DNA of 64,000 nucleotides from a virus. The DNA lies in IMG/VR virus record IMGVR_UViG_3300047319_000798, positions 13,971 through 77,970 of that record. One strand, written 5' to 3'. The notes beneath the pieces are model-generated. The model ran no database searches and was not told the DNA's origin. It worked only from the letters and a program-made list of their open reading frames with translations. A program made the position numbers and the translations under genes. This document shows positions 29,411 through 37,946 of this stretch, one piece after another. Every line of letters starts with the position of its first letter. Position 1 is the first letter of the stretch.

Positions 29411-30792
29411 TTGACTTTCCGGCCAATCCCACACCGGGTCAGATATTCGTTAGCCAAGGCATCACGTGGCGCTGGGACGGCACCAAATGGGCAATGGCGG
29501 GTTCCACCCCAATCAACTTTGGGGATACACCGCCACCTAATCCCGTCGCTGGGACGCTCTGGTGGGACACGGTCAGCGCCAACCTGTTCATCTGGTATAA
29601 TGACGGTAACACCGCCCAATGGGTGACCAGTAACAATGTCGGCGGGGCCGGACCGCAGGGGATACAGGGCATACAGGGGATACAGGGCGTCACCGGGCCG
29701 ATAGGACCGCAAGGTGTAATCGGGCCGCAGGGGCCGATAGGGCTGACCGGGCCGCAGGGTAATCAGGGTGACCCGGGGCCGACAGGAGCTACAGGGCCGG
29801 TTGCCCCGAGCGCGATTGGCGACAACAGAATTATCAACGGAGACATGCGGGTCGATCAACGCAATGGCACAGGAAGGAACTATCAGGCCTCGTGCTATGT
29901 CGTTGACCGATGGTGGTTTCAGGCCTCAACAGCCGCGTTGATGCAGTTCAACGGAGTGGTTGCCGGGCCAGCCGGGTTTCCCAATGCCCTTCAGTTTCAA
30001 TCGCTGTCGGCGCATACGATTGTTGCTGCCGATCAGTTTAGCGTCTCCACTTATCTGGAAGGCGACTCGATCAGCGATTTCAATTTTGGCGTAGCGGCGG
30101 CGGCGACGGTCACGTTGTCGTTCTGGGCGCGGTCAAGCAAGACCGGCAGCTTTAGCGGCGCGCTTGTTAATAATGGCTCGACCCGATCCTACCCGTTCTC
30201 GTTCTCCCTGCCGACAGCGAACACCTGGACGGCAATCTCAGTCACCATCGTCGGCGACAAGGCTGGCACTTGGACGATGAGTGGTAATAGTTGGCAGCTT
30301 GCCGTTGTCTTCGATCTTGGATGCGGCACCACCTATCGCGCGGCGGCTGCCGCATGGCGCGCGGGTAATTACGCTGGCGTCACCGGCGCGCAGACCCTCA
30401 CCAATACGCTCAACGCGACCTTCAGCGTCACTGGGGTCAAGCTGGAGATGGGTTCAACCGCCACCACGTTCAACCGCTATTCGATGGCGAAGTGCCTGGC
30501 CGACTGTCAACGGTATTACACGAAGATGGGCGGCGACGCCAGTTGGGCCATTCTTATTCAAGGGTACGTTGACGCAAACAACCAACATTCAAGCACAGTC
30601 ACGTTGCCGGTCACAATGCGCGCGCCGCCGGTTTTGACCCAATACGGATGTAACATCGGCAGCAACACCGTGGGGTTTTATCTCGGTACGACATCGTTCG
30701 GGGTGCAGCTGATCGCCAGCCCATCGAGCTTTGCCGGAACTGGAACCTTCGGCACCAGCGGCGGCTTCATCACGCTCGACGCGGAATATTGA
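29407..30792 (+). CDS. Tail fibre with collagen segment and carbohydrate-binding-like domain
   Basis: MIDFPANP N-terminus; G-X-Y tract; [13 protein letters not shown]...[11 protein letters not shown]...LADCQRYY fibre domain. Confidence 0.75.
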   Translation: MIDFPANPTPGQIFVSQGITWRWDGTKWAMAGSTPINFGDTPPPNPVAGTLWWDTVSANLFIWYNDGNTAQWVTSNNVGGAGPQGIQGIQGIQGVTGPIGPQGVIGPQGPIGLTGPQGNQGDPGPTGATGPVAPSAIGDNRIINGDMRVDQRNGTGRNYQASCYVVDRWWFQASTAALMQFNGVVAGPAGFPNALQFQSLSAHTIVAADQFSVSTYLEGDSISDFNFGVAAAATVTLSFWARSSKTGSFSGALVNNGSTRSYPFSFSLPTANTWTAISVTIVGDKAGTWTMSGNSWQLAVVFDLGCGTTYRAAAAAWRAGNYAGVTGAQTLTNTLNATFSVTGVKLEMGSTATTFNRYSMAKCLADCQRYYTKMGGDASWAILIQGYVDANNQHSSTVTLPVTMRAPPVLTQYGCNIGSNTVGFYLGTTSFGVQLIASPSSFAGTGTFGTSGGFITLDAEY

Positions 30793-31679
30793 TGATCGAC
30801 TTCCCGGCCAACCCAACCCTCAGCCAGGTGTTCACCGTCGCGGGTAACTCGTGGATGTGGGACGGCGTCAAGTGGGTGGCGATTGGCCCGGGGCCTTTCC
30901 TGCCGCTAGCGGGCGGCACTATGGCTCCGGGGTCGCACCTGATCCTGGCCGCTGATCCGGTTCAGCCGCTAGAGGCGACAACCAAGCAATACACCGACAC
31001 ACAGGCCCTGCGGGATAGCCTGCCGGTTGGTGGCGTCATTATCTGGGTCGCAGACAGTACTTTTGGCGGCTCGGCTAGTGCGCCGCCGTGGAACTACGTT
31101 GTGTGCAACGGGGCCTATTACGCCGCCACCGACATGCCGTTGTTGTTCAACGTGCTACAAGGCGCGTATGGATGGGACGGCACTAACTTCGCCGTGCCCA
31201 ATCTGCTCGACCAAGCCGTGGTCGGCGCTGGCGGTTCCTGGGGCATTAACGCGAAGCTCGGCGAGTACAATCACACCACGACCGCGAATGAGATGCCGGC
31301 GCACGCCCATAGCATCGCGGACCCGACGCACGCTCACAGCCTCTATGATCCTGCCCACACGCACGGCATTGGCGACCCGGGTCACAACCATGGGTTCCCC
31401 GACCCCGGCCACATTCATGGCAACGTCATGCAGGCGGCCACCGGCTATTATTCGCTGGCCGCCACGGGCGCTCTGCATACGGCGGGTCAGACTGACTTGC
31501 GCGGCACCGGGCGAACCATTCAAGCCGCTGGCGTCGGTGTCTGGACTGGCGCTGCTGGCACCAGCATGGGGGTCTATGGCGCGGGGACAGGGATTGGGAT
31601 TTATAACGCGGGCGGCGGGGCGGCGCATAACAATATACAACCCTCCACAGCTATGTACTACATCATAAGGTACGCATGA
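30789..31679 (+). CDS. Second tail-collar-domain fibre with His-rich tip
   Basis: [18 protein letters not shown] collar domain; HAH..DPGH repeats; HNNIQPS..YIIRY end. Confidence 0.75.
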   Translation: MMIDFPANPTLSQVFTVAGNSWMWDGVKWVAIGPGPFLPLAGGTMAPGSHLILAADPVQPLEATTKQYTDTQALRDSLPVGGVIIWVADSTFGGSASAPPWNYVVCNGAYYAATDMPLLFNVLQGAYGWDGTNFAVPNLLDQAVVGAGGSWGINAKLGEYNHTTTANEMPAHAHSIADPTHAHSLYDPAHTHGIGDPGHNHGFPDPGHIHGNVMQAATGYYSLAATGALHTAGQTDLRGTGRTIQAAGVGVWTGAAGTSMGVYGAGTGIGIYNAGGGAAHNNIQPSTAMYYIIRYA

Positions 31680-31680
31680 C

Positions 31681-32046
31681 ATGGCTCTTGACAAAGACGG
31701 GCGTCCAATTCCAGCCTATATTCCACCGCCACCCAACCGCGACCCGCCACCCGACGCGATGCTGGAACAGTTTCGGATCATGGCGGAAAAGACCGACTCC
31801 GCCATACGCCAGTGCGCCGATCTGTCGCTGCGCATTGTCGAGCTGGAGAAGAATGGCGGTGATCGATTGAACGCTGGCTTGATCGATATTGGCAAACGGT
31901 TCGATACCATGATGGTGGAGCGAATCAGGGAGTTTGAGCGACGCTATGAGACGCTGACGGCTACTGTTGCCGCCTTCACTGAAGCCCCAGCCCCTCATTT
32001 CGGACCTGAGCCGCACCATCATCCGCCCGCGCCGGTGAAGCGATAG
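31681..32046 (+). CDS. Coiled-coil hypothetical protein
   Basis: 121-aa ORF closing the + strand structural operon. Confidence 0.55.
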   Translation: MALDKDGRPIPAYIPPPPNRDPPPDAMLEQFRIMAEKTDSAIRQCADLSLRIVELEKNGGDRLNAGLIDIGKRFDTMMVERIREFERRYETLTATVAAFTEAPAPHFGPEPHHHPPAPVKR

Positions 32047-32275
32047 GAATGGCGAGGAGCACCGAGGAGCATGGGGATGGGTCGGTCCTGTAGGGCTATG
32101 CAGCTGAGGTGTATCTCGACAGTCTCCGGTGCGGAGCGGGAAGGCGGACGGCGGGGGTTTGCTATCCGCCTCCCCTACGCTAGCTGAATCCGGCGGCGGG
32201 GAACCGCCTTAATACGCCCAGCCAGCGATTCAGCACCCTACTGCGGACTGGCGGCTGATTTAAGGCGATGGACCC

Positions 32276-32518
32276 CTACAGCCGCCCGCTCAGGACATCC
32301 TTGATCATCTTGTACAGCCCCACCCCGACAAAAATTGTGCCGGGCCATGACAAGATGGCATACCCGGCATCCAAGTGGAGAACATGGCGGGAGAACACCG
32401 CCATGATCAGAGCGGCTAGGCCGATTACGATGTAGTCAATCGTGCCCCACGACCGGAACGGCCCCGATAGAGCGCGCCAAGCGCCATCAAGCCAAAGCCG
32501 GAAAGGAGCATGACCCAC
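32276..32518 (-). CDS. Small membrane protein (start uncertain)
   Basis: Two hydrophobic segments; the 5' part overlaps the PEP-CTERM gene end. Confidence 0.35.
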   Translation of the reverse strand: MGHAPFRLWLDGAWRALSGPFRSWGTIDYIVIGLAALIMAVFSRHVLHLDAGYAILSWPGTIFVGVGLYKMIKDVLSGRL

Positions 32519-33249
32519 GTTGAAGCCTCCGGCACTGGCGGTCCCGATAGTGTGTTGATAATGCCGGCGTTAGTCCACGAGGTATCAAACGCCGTGATAT
32601 TGAGGTTGCCCTGGTGGTCGAACGACAGGTCCACCGCAACCGGGGCGATGATGGTTCCCAGTGCGAACGAGCCATTCACAGTGAGGAAGTCGGCGTCACT
32701 GTTGAAGCCACCTCCCGGCACGTTGAACGACGCCTCCTCAATCTGGAACGCATTGGGTAAGGCAAATCCTTCCTTCGTGTATTCAGCGAGGAAGTTGGTG
32801 AAGCTCAAGCTGCCGCCGCCGATACCCAGCTGCTTGCCAAAGTCCTGACCGGCGATGAGCGTGCCGAGCAGCGCGCCGTCGAATAGACCATTGTTCAGAT
32901 CAAGCACACGCGGCGCAATGTCCACCGATGTCGGACCGATGGTGAACGCCCCAAGCGGACCAACGCCAGTCGCTCCGCTGATGGTTGGTAAGGCCGTGCC
33001 CAGCGCCGAGATGAAGTAAACCCGGATAGGGTCATTGATGCTCTTGTTGCCAACCTCTGTGATGGTGAAGGTGTTGGCGTCGTTGAGCAGCACTGGATCG
33101 GAGCCGGTCGCGCCGGGTGACGTGACGTGGAGTGACGTTGGATCGCAGAACGTACCACCGCCCGGAAGCGGGGTGCAGTCTGTAGCCTGGGCGTAAGCCG
33201 GTGCGGCGAAGGCGAAAGCCATCACCGTAGAGAGTAAGAACTTTTTCAT
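32425..33249 (-). CDS. PEP-CTERM (PEPxxWA-type) exosortase substrate protein
   Basis: Signal peptide MKKFLLSTVMAFAFAAPAYA; C-terminal VPEASTWVMLLSGFGLMALGALYRGR (VPE motif + TM + Arg tail). Confidence 0.85.
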   Translation of the reverse strand: MKKFLLSTVMAFAFAAPAYAQATDCTPLPGGGTFCDPTSLHVTSPGATGSDPVLLNDANTFTITEVGNKSINDPIRVYFISALGTALPTISGATGVGPLGAFTIGPTSVDIAPRVLDLNNGLFDGALLGTLIAGQDFGKQLGIGGGSLSFTNFLAEYTKEGFALPNAFQIEEASFNVPGGGFNSDADFLTVNGSFALGTIIAPVAVDLSFDHQGNLNITAFDTSWTNAGIINTLSGPPVPEASTWVMLLSGFGLMALGALYRGRSGRGARLTTS

Positions 33250-33354
33250 GTTGGGTATGATCCCCGGTTAGAGAGTGGGGGGCTATTCTCCCCCCTTGGG
33301 CCAGATGCTTGCCTTTCGCGCCATGCTCGCCCGCTTGCGCGGGTCCGCATTCCT

Positions 33355-34071
33355 TTACGCACCCAGGACCGACAGGCGGTCCTTACGCGAACGCTTCCAG
33401 CCCATCACGCCCATGAGCGCGAAGCCGCTGAGCAACATCGCCCAGGTCTTGGGCTCCGGCACCGCCGACGCCTCCATCGAGACGCCCTGGACAAAGATGC
33501 TGGCACCCGGCTGAAGGGTAAGGGTGAGGCTCTCCGCCAGCCCGTAGGGGCTGTTGAGAAGGTCGCTGCCGAACCCGTTGAACGCGAACGACTGCGGCCC
33601 GGTCAGCCCACCAGAGTTGAAATCTCCGATGTCGAGGCCGGTGATGGCGAAGCCGGTCCCGTTAAGCGAATTGCTCGCGTCGGCGAAGAACGAGCCGGAC
33701 AAGTCAGACCCGAACAGCGTGGCGCCCACAGCCGCCGTAAGGTTGAACCCAAACGAAGGCCCAAGGAAGCCGTTAGCCCCGGCGATGATGCGCAGCGTCT
33801 GCACCGTGCCAGTGGTGTTGTCGATGTTGATGTTGCCCTCAGTCAAACCATTGGGGCTGGTCCCCCGGTTGACGAAGGACAGGGACACCGTCACGCCGTC
33901 GAAGTTCTGCGACGCGAGAGCCGATGTGCCGGTTCCACTGGCGGTTTCAAACCCGCCGGGGTCCGCCGCGTTCCACATGATGAGGGCCGTGTTGGCCGCC
34001 ATCGCGGGGCTGGCCACCGCCAACGCCGCAAGTCCTACGGCACCAAGCGCCGCCGCCTTAAAAATCCCCAT
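33355..34071 (-). CDS. PEP-CTERM (PEPxxWA-type) exosortase substrate protein
   Basis: GGAG RBS; signal peptide ending ASPAMA; C-terminal VPEPKTWAMLLSGFALMGVMGWKRSRK. Confidence 0.9.
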   Translation of the reverse strand: MGIFKAAALGAVGLAALAVASPAMAANTALIMWNAADPGGFETASGTGTSALASQNFDGVTVSLSFVNRGTSPNGLTEGNINIDNTTGTVQTLRIIAGANGFLGPSFGFNLTAAVGATLFGSDLSGSFFADASNSLNGTGFAITGLDIGDFNSGGLTGPQSFAFNGFGSDLLNSPYGLAESLTLTLQPGASIFVQGVSMEASAVPEPKTWAMLLSGFALMGVMGWKRSRKDRLSVLGA

Positions 34072-34302
34072 GTGTTTATCTCCATATGCCGGAAAAGGGT
34101 CCGGTCCCTGTAACAACTTCGCATGTTAACGGAATTTAATCTTCGCGTCTAGGTAAATTATGAGGATACTGTAGAGGTTTTTCAAAACAGTTTTGATACC
34201 ATCCAGATAACGAAGCCCGCCAAGGCTCCGAAACAGAGCACCATGGTGAATGCCTCACGGCCCGGGTATTTCACCGGTGCCCAGTAGGGCTCATAGTCGT
34301 TA

Positions 34303-34575
34303 TCATCCATCTTCCCTCTCCCCTAGTGTGATCAGCTGATCCGCGATAGCGTAAGCTGTATCCGTGTCTCGGGTGGACCAGTCAGTCACGGGATTGCCGC
34401 CGCGCCGCTTAATCGCCAGCGCCACCGCCAGTACAGCGTCCCGCCGCGCCTCAGATCGCTTGAGCGCCGCTCTATGAGCCGCGTCCGCGATACCGTGATC
34501 CGCATCCCCTACAATCTCCTTGTCGCTGGGCGGTATCGCGCCCAGTATGCGCTTGAACGCGGGTTCGTCATCCAT
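34303..34575 (-). CDS. Hypothetical protein
   Basis: 90 aa with GAGG RBS. Confidence 0.5.
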   Translation of the reverse strand: MDDEPAFKRILGAIPPSDKEIVGDADHGIADAAHRAALKRSEARRDAVLAVALAIKRRGGNPVTDWSTRDTDTAYAIADQLITLGEREDG

Positions 34576-34591
34576 TAGCTATCCTCAAACG

Positions 34592-34621
34592 AAAAAGGGC
34601 GGAGGCCCGATGCCTCCGCCC
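34592..34621 (-). terminator. Rho-independent terminator
   Basis: GGGCGGAGGC-ATCGG-GCCTCCGCCC-TTTTT on the minus strand. Confidence 0.8.
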
Positions 34622-34648
34622 TGTAACTAACCCGGCGTGTAATTAAAG

Positions 34649-35278
34649 TCAAGTGCCGAAAAGGCCGTCAAGGCTGTCGTCCTTGATGGCGAAGCCCGCA
34701 GCCGGGGCCTTGGCCCGGGGAAGCGGCTTGGCGCTCCAGCCAGTGGCCGTGGCGTGACCGGCCAGAGGCCGCTCGCTGTGCTTGGGCGGGGCTTCGACCG
34801 CGAACCGGCCCGCGCACTCCGGGCCTAGACCCGATGCGATGCTGCCCGGCACCGTGAGCTTGCGGCCGCAGCGGGCGCAGGTGCCCTCGTGCCAGTACTC
34901 AACCTGGTTGAGGGCGCTGGCGGTGGCCGTGCGCTGGGCGATAGGGGCCAGAGCGGCGCTGAGGAACCAGTTGATAGCCTTGTAGGACGGGGCCATATCG
35001 CTGATTTTGGACTTGGCCGTGCGGCGGAACGAATACATGCCGCTATTCGCCCGGGTGATGATGCCCGTGTAGGCGAAATTGGAGTTGTTGTCGGGGCCGG
35101 TCATGGTCGACACGAACCAGAGTTCCTTGCGCGCGCCGTTTTCTTCCTCGTCAACCTGGCTGACGCGATAGGTAAACCGGGTGCCGGTCTTCTTGGAGAC
35201 TAGGGTGAAGGTGGCGTTGCCGGCCAACACTAGAACAGGGATGCGGTCGGCGTCGTTGATTTGGGCCTTGGTGATCAT
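34649..35278 (-). CDS. DUF6011-type zinc-finger early protein
   Basis: CARCGRKLTVPGSIASGLGPEC motif; start MITKAQ follows an AGGA RBS and promoter. Confidence 0.7.
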   Translation of the reverse strand: MITKAQINDADRIPVLVLAGNATFTLVSKKTGTRFTYRVSQVDEEENGARKELWFVSTMTGPDNNSNFAYTGIITRANSGMYSFRRTAKSKISDMAPSYKAINWFLSAALAPIAQRTATASALNQVEYWHEGTCARCGRKLTVPGSIASGLGPECAGRFAVEAPPKHSERPLAGHATATGWSAKPLPRAKAPAAGFAIKDDSLDGLFGT

Positions 35279-35298
35279 CTGAGAGGTTCCTGGCGGGG

Positions 35299-35356
35299 GG
35301 AGCCCAATTGCTCCACCCCACAACAGTTACATAAGCGCTTCAGTTACAGAAGTCAA
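35299..35356 (-). promoter_or_regulatory. Sigma70-like promoter + AAUUGG leader hairpin (copy 1)
   Basis: TTGACT(35356-35351)-N17-TATGTA; GGAGC-AATTGG-GCTCC at 35299-35314. Confidence 0.8.
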
Positions 35357-35362
35357 GCCCAG

Positions 35363-35527
35363 TTAGAGATTATTTTTGCGGGCGTATTCCTTGGCCGCTT
35401 TAACGTCTGGGAATTGGCGGTCTATCCCTTCAATTTCTGCCCAGCTGCCGATTGCGGCTGACCGATATTCGATGATCGCCCGCTTGGCGGGGGTAAAGGC
35501 TACGACTTCGCAAACGCCGTAATTCAT
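35363..35527 (-). CDS. 54-aa early protein
   Basis: Manual translation MNYGVCEVVAFTPAKRAIIEYRSAAIGSWAEIEGIDRQFPDVKAAKEYARKNNL*; directly downstream of promoter copy 2. Confidence 0.55.
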   Translation of the reverse strand: MNYGVCEVVAFTPAKRAIIEYRSAAIGSWAEIEGIDRQFPDVKAAKEYARKNNL

Positions 35528-35539
35528 ATTGGTTGGTTT

Positions 35540-35608
35540 CCCGTCTAGAGCGGCCCAATTGCGGCTCTAGACGGGGATTCATATAGTGGGTCTGGATACA
35601 GAAGTCAA
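35540..35608 (-). promoter_or_regulatory. Sigma70-like promoter + AAUUGG leader hairpin (copy 2)
   Basis: TTGACT(35608-35603)-N17-TATATG; long stem CCCGTCTAGAGCCGC-AATTGG-GCCGCTCTAGACGGG. Confidence 0.8.
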
Positions 35609-35614
35609 GACCCA

Positions 35615-35872
35615 TCAATCGTTGAAGATGGTGAGCATTTCGTGCTTGTGCATGAAATACCACATCTGGATATCGCCCTCCAGATCGCGCTGGGTCACAG
35701 TGTGGCGGAACGGGGCCAGCTGGCCGACTAGCCGCCGAACCCAGACCCCATTGGCCGCGCCATTACCCCAATACAGCGGGTAATAGCCGTTGAAGCCGCA
35801 GGTGGAGGCCTCCTCACAGAGGCCCCCCATATGGCGCTCATCCAGCGCCCTATCCTGGTTGATGGGGATCAT
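35615..35872 (-). CDS. Hypothetical protein
   Basis: 85 aa, ATGA-coupled to the upstream gene. Confidence 0.5.
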   Translation of the reverse strand: MIPINQDRALDERHMGGLCEEASTCGFNGYYPLYWGNGAANGVWVRRLVGQLAPFRHTVTQRDLEGDIQMWYFMHKHEMLTIFND

Positions 35873-36333
35873 GACCGGTCCTCAAACAGGTTGAAGAGCC
35901 GCCCGCTGAATCCCTTCTGGCTGAATTCATCGGAATCAAGCACTAGGTCCGCAACCACGCCCTGGTTATCTCGCTTGATTTCATAACACCGCATCTTGCC
36001 GTCGCCATGGCGGTTGAAGGCGTTGCAGATCACAACCTCCCGCCGCTTGTCGGAGAGGCGCGGCTGGATGTAGGGTTCACCCTTTTGTTGCGTGGACAAC
36101 CAGGCTTCAGAGATGAAGCTATAGCTGACCGCCCGCTCTTTTTTGAGCAGCGCGCGGATGGCCGTTATGGCGTACTCTTTCTCCGCATCGCCAGACCACG
36201 GCGTTCCCACAAACGTGGTTTTGTCCTTGCCCTGGATCACGAACGTGGGCATAATCTCAGCGCCCGCGTTACCGATCAGCTCGGCGCGGGCCAAACCAAT
36301 GGCCATGTCGAGCAGTTCATCAACAGACAACAT
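35869..36333 (-). CDS. Conserved phage hypothetical protein
   Basis: 154 aa; YSFISEAW..RREVV; coupled overlaps. Confidence 0.6.
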   Translation of the reverse strand: MLSVDELLDMAIGLARAELIGNAGAEIMPTFVIQGKDKTTFVGTPWSGDAEKEYAITAIRALLKKERAVSYSFISEAWLSTQQKGEPYIQPRLSDKRREVVICNAFNRHGDGKMRCYEIKRDNQGVVADLVLDSDEFSQKGFSGRLFNLFEDRS

Positions 36334-36563
36334 TAGAGTATCCTCGCTGCTGCTGTCTTCACGGCCTTCCAGCCGTGGGCCTTGATCAGCGCGTCCACTT
36401 CCGTGTCCGCCGCCGGATAGCCGTTGGTCCTCATCCGGCCCGCGTCAAGGACCAGTTCAGCCAACCCCGCCTTCGAGGTTACGCCTATCTCCGCCGCGTC
36501 ACCCGCGACGTAATCCGCAGTGGCGCAGATCGCGCGCTGCGTCTCCAGTGTGAATTTTACCAT
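36333..36563 (-). CDS. Hypothetical protein
   Basis: 76 aa; AGGA RBS; TAATG coupling. Confidence 0.55.
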   Translation of the reverse strand: MVKFTLETQRAICATADYVAGDAAEIGVTSKAGLAELVLDAGRMRTNGYPAADTEVDALIKAHGWKAVKTAAARIL

Positions 36564-36686
36564 TTCAGTTTCCTAACCAGGTCATGATGAGGGCAAGAAC
36601 AGGGATAGCGATGATGATCATCGCGATGAAGCGCAGGGCAGGGACCGAGAGGACCACGCCAAGCGCGATGATTGCGACGAGCCAGA

Positions 36687-36992
36687 TCATTCGTCCACAC
36701 TCAACATGTAAGCCTTGGCGACCTTGTATTCATCCAGGCAGGATATGCCAGGGGTTTGACCCTGGTCGAGCAATGTGAAGTTGTGCGAACCCCGATCCAT
36801 GAGGGCCTGCATAGCAGGGCCAAACTTCATCGCCAACTGCTGGCGTTGATAGGGGGTGGTGCGGGCGTCCATCGCGTGTTGGTAGGCACTGGACAACATC
36901 GTCTTTTCAAGTGTGCAGAGAGTAACGCTGGCGGGCTCAGCTAGCGCCGGGGATGCAGCCAAGAGGACTGCAGTGAAAAGAAGGGCTTTCAT
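36687..36992 (-). CDS. Secreted hypothetical protein
   Basis: Start MKALLFTAVLLAASPALA (signal peptide) after AAGGA RBS. Confidence 0.55.
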   Translation of the reverse strand: MKALLFTAVLLAASPALAEPASVTLCTLEKTMLSSAYQHAMDARTTPYQRQQLAMKFGPAMQALMDRGSHNFTLLDQGQTPGISCLDEYKVAKAYMLSVDE

Positions 36993-37053
36993 TGGAGTGG
37001 TTCCTTGAGAGAGTGGGGGAACCGCCCACCGGTGAGGGTGGGCGGTCTGGGCC

Positions 37054-37842
37054 TTAGCCGATGGTGACGCGCGTGGAGCGCTTTGCGTCGGCGGCCAGCC
37101 AGTCACGGACCTTCCAGTTGAGGCCGTTCGGACCGCCATCGGGGCGACCGGCGAACTCAGGCTGGGTGCGCAGCCACGCCTTGGCGTCCGCCAGGAACTC
37201 CGCAACGGTCATGCCGTCGCGGTAAAGGTGCCAGCGCGGCTCGCGGTCCACGTGCCCTGCCTTCTCGGCGATGTTGGAGATCACCATGTCGTCCGTGAAC
37301 GACCGCTGACCCACCACATAGGTGGACCCGTCCTTCTTGGAGGCCACGCAGGTGACCAGCGCGCCTAAAGCCTTTGGCCCCTTAACCTCGACAATCTCCG
37401 CGTCCTCGGTCTTGGCCTTGGCCTTCTTGCCCTTGGGCGCAACGACCGTGGCTGGCTTCGTGGGCTTGTCCGCGATTACGTCCGACTTGACGGCGTTGAG
37501 GTCGACTTCGCCTTCCTCGGTAACAACCGTGATCTTGGTCACTTCCGGTTGCGCCGCCCCGTTAGCCTTGATCGCCTCTTGCGCCCGGTCGCCCATTTCG
37601 GTGAACCGGCGAAGAGCCGTGAGCTTGTCCGCGAACTTCTTGACTGGGGACGGAATAGTGCGGTCCTGATCGGTCTGGTCCTGGAGGAACTTGACGATGT
37701 CGTTAAACATCACCACCATTTCCGCCGGGGTGTAGTTGCCGATGCACCCGCGATAGGTGTGGTGCTCCTCGTCGTTGGCCGATACGATGTGCGTGATATC
37801 CTTAGCCTTAAGGACCAGCTTGTTGTTATGGAACTCATACAT
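37054..37842 (-). CDS. Early hypothetical protein
   Basis: 262 aa, first gene after promoter copy 3; strong codon bias. Confidence 0.65.
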   Translation of the reverse strand: MYEFHNNKLVLKAKDITHIVSANDEEHHTYRGCIGNYTPAEMVVMFNDIVKFLQDQTDQDRTIPSPVKKFADKLTALRRFTEMGDRAQEAIKANGAAQPEVTKITVVTEEGEVDLNAVKSDVIADKPTKPATVVAPKGKKAKAKTEDAEIVEVKGPKALGALVTCVASKKDGSTYVVGQRSFTDDMVISNIAEKAGHVDREPRWHLYRDGMTVAEFLADAKAWLRTQPEFAGRPDGGPNGLNWKVRDWLAADAKRSTRVTIG

Positions 37843-37866
37843 TGGGGTAGGTTCTTTCGATTCAAG

Positions 37867-37946
37867 AGCGGCCCGATTGCCGCTGGTGAAACGCTACTTA
37901 GGCTGTTACAGAGACAAAGTCAAGGGGGGTTTCAATAATTATTTTT
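37867..37946 (-). promoter_or_regulatory. Sigma70-like promoter + AAUCGG leader hairpin (copy 3)
   Basis: UP-like AAAAATAATTATTGAAA; TTGACT(37923-37918)-N17-TAAGTA; AGCGGC-AATCGG-GCCGCT. Confidence 0.8.

Noticed and set aside
24517-31679. Diversity-generating retroelement acting on the fibre or C1q genes
   Set aside because: No reverse transcriptase ORF, and I saw no template/variable repeat pair differing only at adenines; the similarity is ordinary protein-level paralogy.
2327-31910. Many minus-strand ORFs under the structural genes and plus-strand ORFs under the early region
   Set aside because: Antisense shadow frames expected in GC-rich, codon-biased DNA; no RBS or motifs.
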